The position numbers and the translations under genes were made by a program. Under the pieces are notes generated by a model. It made no database searches and was not told the DNA's origin. It worked only from the letters and a program-made list of their open reading frames with translations. A stretch of DNA of 63,983 nucleotides, the filler included, from Reticulomyxa filosa (Eukaryota; Protista; Foraminifera), in the NCBI GenBank assembly GCA_000512085.1. It is 22 parts of 22 records of this genome, joined end to end, with 100 filler letters (N's around TTAATTAATTAA, not from the genome) between each part and the next. Parts side by side here need not be neighbours in the genome. Positions count along the whole stretch, not along the records: positions 11,800 to 22,278 come from ASPP01029392.1; positions 22,379 to 23,717 come from ASPP01010696.1; 20 more parts are not named here. One strand, 5' to 3'. This document shows positions 11,999 to 23,817 of the stretch, one piece after another; the stretch's first letter is position 1; every line of letters starts with the position of its first letter.

Positions 11999-14900
11999 TT
12001 GGACGGCATTCCCGGTGCCGCAGTGACAATTCCTTTTTTAGGATTTTCGGATGGTGATATTCAAATTGGTATTGGTGGCTACAACGGATTTATTGGACAA
12101 TCTTTTTTTTGGGAGACTCCAATGAATGATCCCACGGTGCAAGCTCTGTATGCGTGTGGGCCTACATATACACCACCTATCTATGCTCGTGGACAGTTGC
12201 GCATTGCTGGGTTTCCCAGAAACTCGACTCAAAAAGCAGCGCCGATGCAACCTGGAAAATCGGGTTATTTATTGCTTCCATTTTGTTATTCACTCGATGG
12301 CCGGTCTTGTTCAGAAGTGTTGTGCTTGCCTCGAGGATGGGGAAGTGAAGTGGCAGAGAGAACAAATGGGCTGGACATTATTGCACACCCCAACAACAAA
12401 TCTGCCTTGGTGTCATTGGGTGGCATATGTTATGTGTTCTACATGTTGTCTCCTGAGTTCAGAGGCGCAAGATTTTATTCGGATCAGTTGCGTACAAATC
12501 AATATGACTTATATTCAAGAGAATAGCAAGTACAATCACTTTTTGAGAAGGAGTGGAAAAAAAGAATATATAATATATGTGTATACATCGTGTATATGCA
12601 TGGTTTTTTTGCTCTTGCAATATGTGTCACTAGACAAGTGGTAGCTGTACTACATTTCATTACAGAACTAGTGTGTGAAAATATGTCGTTGCTGAGACAA
12701 CTGTTCACAATGGGTTTGGGTTCGGTCAAGTTGTATATTTTAAATCATTTGTATCCTGAAAAAAGAACGCTTTTGGTATTAAATGTCATTAAAGAGTTGT
12801 TGATGTTAGTGGATGCCAATGATCGTGAAAAGCAAAAAGTATTATTACATATGTCTTGATTCGGTCTTTTGTCTTTGTTTATTTCTTTTATATTTCGTCA
12901 TTCTCAGTACACTCATTTGACCGAACAACGAAAACAAAGGCATGCTTCGCACAAGGATTTCAACAACTAATAATGGACGTGCCCTATTGGATTCACGCAC
13001 CGAACGAAGTCAGTATCAACGTGGCCTCATACATTCACACATTAGTTGAAACCAGACCTGATTTAATGATGCATTGCCTTTCCATTGCCGATTTATTGGG
13101 TATGGTAAGGCAGTTTTATCCCACTTTGTTTCCAAATAAAACACAAGATCCTCTAAAGTTAAATGACACATTGTATTTATTTGAAACAAAAAAGGAACAG
13201 AAAATAAAAGAAATGCAAGATAACAACACAAGCGATTCCAATCAAAGGTTTACAAACAATATTATATAGAGTCCCACAAGATGCTGATCCACGCATTGCC
13301 GAGTTGTTATTGGAGTGTGTGGCAGGCCTTATTCGCAAAAAACCACGGGTGAAATTGTCAGATCATCGCATGCTATCATTCATGGTGGATCAATGCAAGC
13401 TTCCAGTTTTGTTGGGTTGTGTATCTTTTAAAACAATAGCCAATGAGCTTATGCGTTGAAAAATGAGAGAACATTGGAAATACGGAACAGGCAATGAAGT
13501 CTCAATTGCTTACCGCTTATGCTGAGTTGTGTCAATCTCAGAAGGACACAATCTACGTACAAATGTCCACCAAACCGGCGTTTGTCAAAGTGTTGTTTGA
13601 ATGTCTACATGTGGAGCAAGAGCAAGACATCCGGATCAAAGGAGCAAAGATTTTGATGGGCTTTGTTCGACATCAGAAGAAAATCTCTGCAGCCTCGAAC
13701 ATTTCCAACGCGATGTTGAATCAAACAATCATTGACCGAAAAGCAATCGACCAATTAGTCTATTTAATTGGACTGTCGCTAGGAAAGTTACCACCAAGTG
13801 CACTTTCTTACATAATACTCCTTGACGTGGTCATGGGTCGCTTTCGCTTGAGAATGCCCGCATTCTTAGCGAATCTGGACGACACTTGCTATGAAAGCGT
13901 TTCTTTCACTGAGCCACGGCCCCTCGATTCGGAGGGAGCCAACAACAACAACAACAACAATAACAATAATAATAATAACACTACGCGTCCTTCTCACGGG
14001 GTCAAAATCATCAAAAAAAATAGTTTGACCAATGTTGTGTTGGTGTCAGAAGGAGACATGATCAAATTAAGTGGAGCTTTGGAAGGATTGATGTATTTGG
14101 TTGGAAAAGCTGAGTTTAAATTGAAAACGAAAATGCTTATGGACATTTTGTCATTGGTCGATACAAATGAATCCAATGCAGTTTAATGAAAATTGTTGGG
14201 TTATTTCAGGATTTTTTTTTTAAAAAAAAATTATTTTCACAAACAAACAAACAAATATTATATGATTTTGATTGCAAATAAACGTATACAAGCGAGCATT
14301 CGTAAAGCAAAGAAATTGGGATCGATGGATGGTGTCGATACTGTCGCTGGAGGATACAGATGAGGCTCGAGCTTGTAATCAATTAGTTGCCAAAATGTGC
14401 TCTTCTTTGGTCTGGCATCAATTGACAAAAGACGACAAAGGATACACTTCTGTTCTTGCGCTGCTTCAAACAACGAATGATCGCATTCGCAAATTATTGA
14501 ATTCGCATCATCACCAAACATCTCCGACGTCAGCCAATTTAACTAGTGCGACAAAAAGTCAATCCAAAGAAAACTGTATGGAATTATATGGAGAAAATAA
14601 AGATGGAACAGATATTGGAGCGGAGCCACAAAGTCCTTCGTTTTCGGCAATGCCAGAAACTCAGTATTATTCCAATTCGCTAACCCCTACAGCAGTTTCG
14701 CTTCTCGGCGATAAGCAAACATATCCGGCCGAACTCGTTACAAAGTGTCGCTTTTTGCACGAGTATTTGACGCAAGTCATACTTCACGTATTAAATCGCT
14801 TTTTACGAAATTACGGACTCTCTGAAGATGTATCGCGACGAAGAACCAAAAGTATTATTGGAAACAAAGATGTCTCTGCTCAACTCACTTCATCCCATAG

Positions 14901-17900
14901 TGGCACTTCCGTTGAAAAAAGCAGCAGTGGCAGCGTCAGTGCGATTGCCAATGGCACGAATAATGCCGCTTCGTCCATGGCCGACAGCACTGGCTTAAGG
15001 TTTGTTCTGTCTTGTTTATTTTAATTGGCTATCCCAATTTGGTTTGTCCTTCGTTTTTATTGTTTGCTCTGAGAAGATTACGAAGGAAATAATCTGTTGT
15101 GTCTGTTTGCATCATTCATTCAACACAACAGCGATATTTCGGACACAGTGAAAGGCAGGCTGGGCAAGAACTTGTATGTGACACTGAACGTCGCGGAGTG
15201 GAGTTTGATGAATCATCCATTTTCGATGCTACATATCGCCCGAACCAATATTACCGCAGAAACGCCAATCACAGAAATCAATGAATCGATGTTATTTGAT
15301 GAGCCTTTCAACGAAAGTGATTATCCCGCTGATGATGTAAAAATCGAGATCGTCTGTTTGAAAAGACTTTTGAGATGTACCTTACAATTTTTATCCTTTA
15401 AACAATTTCGTCAATTGGTCTTGAGACGATTGCTGCGATTCATGAAAGAGATTATGCCACATCCTGCATGCGAAGAAATATTTGATGATTGTGTCGATGC
15501 GATCAGAGAATTTTATTTGCGATTACTATTGAAACGAGATGCTAATTTGAAGACTATGAGGATTGCCTATAGTTTTCTTAAGGTACGTTTGTGTGTGTGT
15601 GTGTGCAAATCTAGTGATGGCAAATATGCATTTGATTGTTTTCATATAGAATGCCTATCAGCGCTTTGAAAGACGAGACGACAAAGAGAGATTAAAAGCG
15701 ATTCGACAGTTGCAAGAAGAAGCTTATTTAATTTGGGGCCCACAACTATTTGCTGATATGGATCCCAACTCGCTCAACCAAATGGTCCGTGTAATATGTA
15801 CATACATATATATATTGTATTTTTTAAAAAATAAAAATGAGAATAAGATAACTGTGGATGTATCTAGAACGTTTCGTCATTGAGCGCAGCTGAAGCACAG
15901 CTGGAAAAACCTCAACAGCATGCACATTCGTTGTGGATATTCTTCCAACATCAACACCATTGGGAATGTATATTTCAAGACGATGAAATGAGAAGATTTC
16001 GACAAGAATTTGAAAGATTTTCAGTTTTGTCTTCATATAAATGATAAATGTTCTGTTGATTTGTTTTATTTGATTATTGCTGCCGCATCATTGTGATCTT
16101 GTTTAAAACAGGAAGAAACCCAAAAAATTCAAGCTTCAACACGATCAGCATTGAAAAAATTTTTGACAAATTGCGCTCAAGTGTTCGAAGAGATGAAGTT
16201 TAATACCAAAAAAAAAAATACGTGGTGTCACATGTGTCTACTTTTTGTTTGCCAATGTTTGGTTTGGCTGTCACAGACAACAAGAGGAGGATGCCGTTCA
16301 AGAAACAATCGCACGTCGCCGCAACGAAAGGAGGGATCTGATTCGAGAATTGAAAAAATTTATGGATTTTTTCGATGACGAGTTTGCATCAAGGTTTCCT
16401 GACGAAGGCATGACCGATTTTTGGGAGATTGACCCGCGAGAATCCGATAACCACACCCGATTGTTGTTAATTCGAAATTTAAATGGAACCTACCATCCCG
16501 AAGCAGTATATGAAGCAAGTAAGTCTCTATCACCGCGTACAGTGTCCAAATCGCTGTCAACCAAATCGGAAATAGAAGAGCCCACCAATTTAATGAAACG
16601 CGTGTCGAAACACGCCACCCATTTGGAAGGCAACGCTCCTGTAAACAAGCAGAACGAAAGCAGTTCGTTGTTGCCAGAGATTGTGGAAGAGAACGAATCG
16701 ATCATCAGCACCACACAGATGTCAATGATTAGTGACAGCGAGGAGAAAGGACATGAGCCTCAATCCACAGTAGTTGTGAATGATGACCTTGATGTCGAAA
16801 ATGAAGACTGGGAAATTGCTGCTCATCACACTAATAGTGCTGCTTTGACCAGTAACACTGCACTTAATTTGGGAACAGTAAGCACTCCAGATACCGGACC
16901 TGCAATGCAACAGCAATTTCAAAAAGCAAACATTCTTGGAAAAATTCTTTTTGAAGGAACTGCTGTCAATATTTCGCCGTTTTACAAAATCGAAGGCATT
17001 TTGTGTTACATGCATATATACACATATATATATACACATATATAAAATATCAGTCTATGTATGTGAGTATGACAAGCTTTGAACAACAAAATCCAAAACG
17101 GCACTAACGAAATATAAATTGTAAACGTGTGACAGGAACGGTTTATATAACGGATAGTCGATTTGTATTTGAAGGACAAAAGTATTTGGAAAATGTGTTC
17201 CAACAAAACGTGGTGGATCAAATCAAATTGAAAGAATTAAAACTGAAGCGATTGGCAAAGCATACACAAGACGAAGAGATATTGAAAATGTTAGAAATGG
17301 AAACACAAGAACAGAGAGAAAAATTAGAAAATAGCATTGAGCAAATGATTGAATACGACGCTTGGTATTTGAATTATATCAAGTCAATTTTGCCGCGGCG
17401 ATATTTACTTCGAGAAGTTGGTATCGAAATGTGGATTGCCGGGACGCATAAATCTTTTTTTTTTGCGTTTGAAAATACAAAGAAACGAAATGAAGCATTA
17501 ACACTGATCTGCAAATATTCCCAGCGATTGGTAACCAATAGCTTGCGTTATGTCATTCCATCTCCCAAAAAAATTTTAAAGACATCACAACTAACCCAAC
17601 GATGGCAAAAGCGATTGATTAGCAATTTTGATTATTTAATGGAATTGAATGTGTTGGCAGGAAGAACCTACAATGATGTGACACAGTATCCTGTCTTTCC
17701 ATGGGTTTTGATCAATTTCCATTCGTCCACAATGGATTTAAATGATACCAGCAATTACCGAGATTTGTCAAAGCCTGTTGGCGCTTTAAATCCCGAACGA
17801 CTTGAGCATTTCATTGAAAAGTACAGAGATAGCGCAGAGGATGTCAGTGTGCCGCCTTATCACTATGCCACGCATTATATGAGCGCAGGTATTTGTACAC

Positions 17901-20756
17901 AATTGATTTCTTTTGCTTTGTTTTTGTATTTGGGGCAAACTCTTTGTTTATGTTTCAAATCAAAATAAAAAGGAATTGCGCTGCATTATTTGGTAAGAAG
18001 CGAGCCATTCACAACATTGGCTATCAATCTACAAGGTGGACGATTCGATATCCCTGACCGTTTATTCCATTCCTTACAAAACGCTTGGGAATTGTCATAT
18101 ACAAACTTACACGACGTAAAAGAGGTTGTCCCTGAAATGTATTATTTCCCGGAAATGTTTCGCAATATCAACCGCTTGAAGTTGGGCACGAAACAAGACG
18201 GAGAAGTAGTCGATAATGTGGGATTACCCTTGTGGGCAAACACTCCCGAGGAATTTGTTCGCATTTCAAGAGAGGCTTTGGAGTCCGAGTATGTCTCCCA
18301 AAACTTGCACAATTGGATCGATTTGATTTTTGGATACAAACAAAGAGGGCAAGCAGCAGCAGACGCATACAATGTATTTAATTATTTGACGTATGCTGGA
18401 GCCGTTGACTTTGATACGATTGTTGATCCTGAGCTTCGGTAAAAAGAAAACACACTATTTTTTTGGTAATTTAAAAGCAAAAACCAACAAAATGTACAAA
18501 AAAAAACAAAAAAAAACAGAGCTGCCACCGAACAACAAATCTATCATTTTGGACAGACCCCTAATCAATTGTTTGATACTCCACACATGGAACGACTGCC
18601 CAAAGAGGAATGCAATATATCCGAACTGGTTGTCCCTTTCAAACTGCCCGCGGATTACAAGCCAATCGAAATGGGACGATTTAAGATGGTCGAACAACTG
18701 ACATCTCTGAATGTCGTTCGAAATGGACAATGTTTGAAGTGTTTCGACACATTGGAGCGATTGTTATCGTTTGAAATACCCAATATTTACAACATTGACT
18801 TACAAGCCGCAACGGTTACCACTACTGCAAAATCACTTACCTTGCGGACGTTGGTGGAGTTACCACAAGAACCGCCTATATATGAATTGATGGCACCCGA
18901 TTGGAGTGATTGCATCCTCTATCAAAGCTTTGTTATTTCGAGTAATGGAGTGTATGGTATCACTGCTGGGTATTTGGATCACAGCATCAAAGTTCATTTT
19001 TTACGAACAGGCGAAGTCTTGGAGTCCGTAACCGGGCTAGAAAATGGCCATAACGACGTTATTACCTGTCTGGCATTGGCTTCTTCCCAAGATATTCTCA
19101 TCTCAGGTGCCCGAGATGGCTCCGTCGTGCTATGGAATATCAATTGGTATGATTCTCTCATTTTGTGTGGTCAAAGGGTACAACTACTCTTTATTGTTTT
19201 GCATATGCTTTTCACTAAATTTGTTTTGTTTGCACGAAACAGCAAATCCGTCAAACCACCAAGACAACCAGTTCTAGGGAAACCTTATCGCTTATTATCG
19301 GTCCATTTTGATAGTGTTCGTGCCTTGGAAATCAACACCAAGCTGGGAATCATTGTCTCAGCAGCAGACGATCAGACCATTGCACTCTACAGTATTGCGC
19401 GCAAACGATTTGTTCGTCAAATCTTTTTCAATGGTCGGGATGAAAAAGATCACGATGACGACAACTCACCGTTGCGTGAGGTTGTCAAAATTATAGTCAG
19501 TGATATGGGATATATTGTGGTTCATACCATCGAAGACACAATTCCGACCTTGCGAGTGTTTTCGCTCAACGGCATTTTAATGTGTCACTTGCAATTAGAT
19601 GAAATATTATTTGGAATAGTCTTGGATCAAACTGGAAAAATACTTATCACCGGAGGACAGTCCTGTGTTATTTCATTTCGATACATTCATAAGTTGAGTT
19701 ATCTTCTTAAATTCTCAGGATTTAAAAAAAAAAAGAATATTGAAAATGACGTAATTTTGCATTTTGTTTTATCATTCACAAACTTTTTTAAATATCCGTG
19801 GTATACATATAGTCTTCAGTTGATAGAAGAAATCGTGGTACTAGAAAATCAAATTAAAAGGAAAAGAATCACCAAACTTGAAAACATAAAGGACCGCGCA
19901 TTGGAACTGACTTCTACTGAAGCTGATGCCGAAAAAATGAACATAAAGAACGATGGAAAAAACAAGAAAAAAGTAAAGTTCGACGATGCTCTCAGCACAC
20001 CTCGAGCACTGACCGCACAGAAATTGAACACGCTGACACCGAGACAAACACACTCCTCTGCGTGGCGTGCCCATAGATTGTCCATGTTGAGAAACCAACA
20101 AAACTTCAATGACCCGGAACTAACCAAACGCGTATCAATGAGCATGACTTTGCAAAAGACGAGGCGCTCTATGCTCTCTCAAAAGCGCCGACCATCGCGC
20201 AGCACGGCGCTTACTTCTGGAGAGAGCACACGAGGGAATACCGCACGACGCTCTACCCATTTTCATGGTCGATTTTCATCCGTTGATGGCGGGGCAATTT
20301 TAAGTGGCTCACATATCATTGATATTGCGATAGACTCTACCAATTTTTTCTTGATTGTCGCTTGTTTGGATACCTCTCAAGAAGAGTGCAAATTATTATT
20401 TTATCCCTTGCCCAACACCAAATACGAAAAGAACTTCGATTTATACTGTAAAGCAGTGTACTCAGTTAAGATTAATATAACAACATAGATAGTGTTTGCT
20501 GATTTTCGGATTCTTTATTTTACGTTTTCTATTTTTGTAACTTAAATAAAATTGTTGGAATGAACAGATTTTAGAAAATGCTCAGCGCACAGTATGGAAT
20601 TTACAAAAATCTTTAGAAGAATCCCAGCCCGAAAAAGAATACAGACATAGTTTCATGAATGAAACATTGCACAATGTGAAAGAAACGTCCAACAAAGTCA
20701 TTGGGAATGTTAAATCTTTTTTCAAAAGAACTACTAATGACACTAGCAAGGATTAG
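11999..20756 (+). CDS. BEACH-domain protein (neurobeachin/LRBA/NBEAL-like; helical region, PH-BEACH, WD40), multi-exon, 5' truncated
   Basis: BEACH motifs: RRYLLREVGIE; TQRWQKRLISNFDYLMELNVLAGRTYNDVTQYPVFPWV; YRDLSKPVGALN; HYATHY; LQGGRFDIPDRLF; DVKEVVPEMYYFPE; REALESEYVSQNLHNWIDLIFGYKQRG; FGQTP. WD40s follow. A final exon ILENAQR...TSKD* ends at 20756 (inferred splice). Confidence 0.95.
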
Positions 20757-21609
20757 TGTATTTCCCCCAAATGTGATTGTTGGTTTCAATATTTTTAAAA
20801 AATTTTTTTTTTGTTATGTATTGTAACAAATCTTTCGTCCGAGTTTGATTTGTGCCTCGTTTTGTGACCAGCTTTACCAGTGTTTTTCCTTGAGGATTCT
20901 TTTTTTTTTGATGGAGGCAAAATTTGCCATTAGAACAAAAACGACGAACCGTACTTTCTAACAAATAATATACAATTATTTAAGAAAACTCATAAAAAGG
21001 TGTCAAACAAAAGTTGCAAAATGTGCAATCTTTACAAAATACTACATGCTCGTCTTGAAATTGAGATATCAATTTTATGGGCTGTCGTTATATAAATTTT
21101 TCTTCGGGGTAATTAAGCTTGCTCATATGCCACATCGACGCAAGAGTAACTCTAAATATTTTTGATATAAACAATAAAAAGTTTTCATATTGAAAAAGCA
21201 AAAGCGTGATATCAAATAGTGCTTTGCTGTAAAACCTTTTGTTTTAGTTCTGGTTTTTTTTAATAGTGAGCAAAGCAATTTAAGAGTGAGGTTGATTCCA
21301 AAGAAAGCAGTCAAGAATAGTGTTTGTAAGTACGAACAACCAAAGAGTTTAAAACATGTTTTATTTTGCAAAACTTGACAATGTCAGCAAAGTCAAATTG
21401 TACAAATTTGTGAAAGTGAACAAGACAAATGACGAAAGCTACTTTTATGAGTATGGCAAAGCCTTGGATGAAAAACGAATCCCAAATGAAACAAGTGATT
21501 TTGAAATCGACGTTTGGGTACCTGATTGTTTAACATTTAACTAATAATAGATAAAGTGTTATAGCCTTGCAAAACAAGAGGGTAGTCAAGTTCCGAAAAT
21601 TTTTTTTTC

Positions 21610-21800
21610 AGCCGCAGGGAAATAAAGGTGTTCTATATCCGTTCGTCGGCCAACTGGTAGTTACTATGGATGATGCCTGGACGCAGCATAGTCAGGTAAT
21701 TACTAGAGACGTCTGTGTAGTCTTCACAGAAGCTAGGATATAGACTGGTTTAGCGTGGTGGATGTACTGGGGACATGGGTTCGACTACCAGCTGCGACTA
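21610..21800 (+). ncRNA. Candidate structured RNA or SINE-like element with a tRNA-like 3' end
   Basis: ~49% GC island. Terminal stem AGCCGCAG/CTGCGACT; helices 21632-21640/21736-21744 and 21654-21665/21695-21706; B-box/T-loop-like GGTTCGACTACC; TTTTT just downstream. Confidence 0.5.
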
Positions 21801-22378
21801 TAACATTTTTATTTATTTATTTAGTCATACTGTATATCAAAGTAAATGAAGCTTTTGACGTCGTTGAATTTAGATTGAGAGAACACAAACTTATTTGTCA
21901 AGTTAAAGTTACATGAAAAGAAAAAAAAAAAAAATATCAGCAAAATGTGCCACATTCACAATAAGAAGATTAAAAAAAAATTTATAAAATTTTCTTCTTT
22001 TTTTTTGTAGATTTCACAATATAATCAATAGACAACAAATCGGACATATCAAATCCATCATCAAACGCTTTCTGCAATCCTTTATGAACTTCACCAAAGC
22101 TATATGTTTTATTTAATTTGAAGCAGTCAATATATTCCATTTATACTATCTTCATCTTCTCTCCTTTGTAAAAGATAATTATTAAGCTTACCTCATTTCT
22201 GGCTGAGATTCAATTTTATCGATAACTGGCTTCATTCGTAAATTTATGTCTTCCAACAGCGCCAACAACAATGGTGAANNNNNNNNNNNNNNNNNNNNNN
22301 NNNNNNNNNNNNNNNNNNNNNNTTAATTAATTAANNNNNNNNNNNNNNNNNNNNNNNNNNNNNNNNNNNNNNNNNNNN

Positions 22379-22419
<41 letters not shown>

Positions 22420-23369
22420 ATCATGTGCGTAGGAGCTTGTGAGCATTTTTAATCATTATCTATAGTTTGTAAATCCGTGGCATAGATTGTTTTCCTCCTT
22501 TTTTTTTTTCCTTTTGTATGCCAATATGCGTCGTAACAATCTTTCCAAGCTTGGCTTTATGCATGCATGCTTTCACTACTTTTCGATGCATTTCCCACGT
22601 CACTTCGTTTCTATGACGCTCTGTTTTTCTTCTTTTTTCAATTGTCATGTTTTTTCTTAACACAATCCAAATTTTTTTATCTGCAAAACGCACCAAAGCA
22701 ATGCTTATGCACAATTTTGTCATCATCGTCATCTTTCGGTTCTTGCTTTCTCCTTTTTTTTTGTAGTAACTTCGACGATTAGATTATCTTATTTAATTTT
22801 CATAAGATTCTAATTCGGAGTCTTGCAAAAAAAAAAAAAAAGAGAAAGAAATGGAGATAAAACAAATATCTAAGCTGAGTTGATTCAATGTGGTGCTTTG
22901 GTAAAAATTGAAATACAAGAATGCTTTATCCAAGAAAAAGATAATGTTGTGAAAAAGGAAAAAAAGCAAATAACCAAAGAAAACATCATCAAAAGGATAC
23001 AGAAAAATAATTGAGCCACTTGTAAACCAAGTGTAGCTTTTGTATCGTTGGCAGTGTTTGACAAAACCAAAAAAAAAAACTCGTTGCAGATAATCAAATT
23101 GTATAAAACTGGTATTTGTCATCAGAAGACAATTCAGAACATTGATTTGATAGACAATTTTAATTAAACTTTTGTTCAAACTTGATATCTTTCTCCAATT
23201 TGAAACTTGTGCAATACCTGTTTTATTTAGATGCAGTACCGATTTTTTTTTTAAAAAAAAGAAAAGTCAAACGTTGTTAAAAAAGTTCATTTTTTAAATG
23301 AATTTTTATATATAGAATTCTTGATCTATTTTTGCTTATTAAAACTTTTTAAAAAATCTTAACGAAGCA

Positions 23370-23592
23370 ATGCAAAAAGAGTTTGCACTTGATAACGACT
23401 CGGGACAAAACCCAACCTTGCTAAACAAGAAGATACCAGGTTTCGACGTTCCAGAGCTGGTAGGAATGCGAAGAGTTCCATACATTTTCAACCCAACAAA
23501 AGGTCGTTGGGAGCTCCGCAACAACGAGGAGATTATCCAAGCGGAGTTTCAGCACCGAAGAGAATCAGGGATTGTGTATGACGAATTCACTG
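23370..23592 (+). CDS. Hypothetical protein, first exon
   Basis: ATG-initiated, higher-GC ORF (MQKEFALDND...YDEFT) followed by a probable GT donor and an AT-rich intron. Confidence 0.4.
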
Positions 23593-23817
23593 TATCAACA
23601 GTTGTTTTCAGCGAAGATTTATTATTTGCTACGTTATAATCCATTCAAACAAAAGAACAAAAAAATTTCCGTTTTTTTTTTTTTAAAAAAAAAAGTAACT
23701 TTATACCAACCAATAAANNNNNNNNNNNNNNNNNNNNNNNNNNNNNNNNNNNNNNNNNNNNTTAATTAATTAANNNNNNNNNNNNNNNNNNNNNNNNNNN
23801 NNNNNNNNNNNNNNNNN

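Noticed and set aside
21610-21800. Canonical tRNA, SRP RNA, spliceosomal snRNA, RNase P/MRP or true tmRNA call
   Set aside because: No proper A-box or anticodon arm, no SRP helix-8 CAGG/GNRA/AGCAG motif, no U1/U2/U5/U6 signature, no CR-I partner for the CR-V-like 3' motif, and no G3-U70, CCA or tag ORF.
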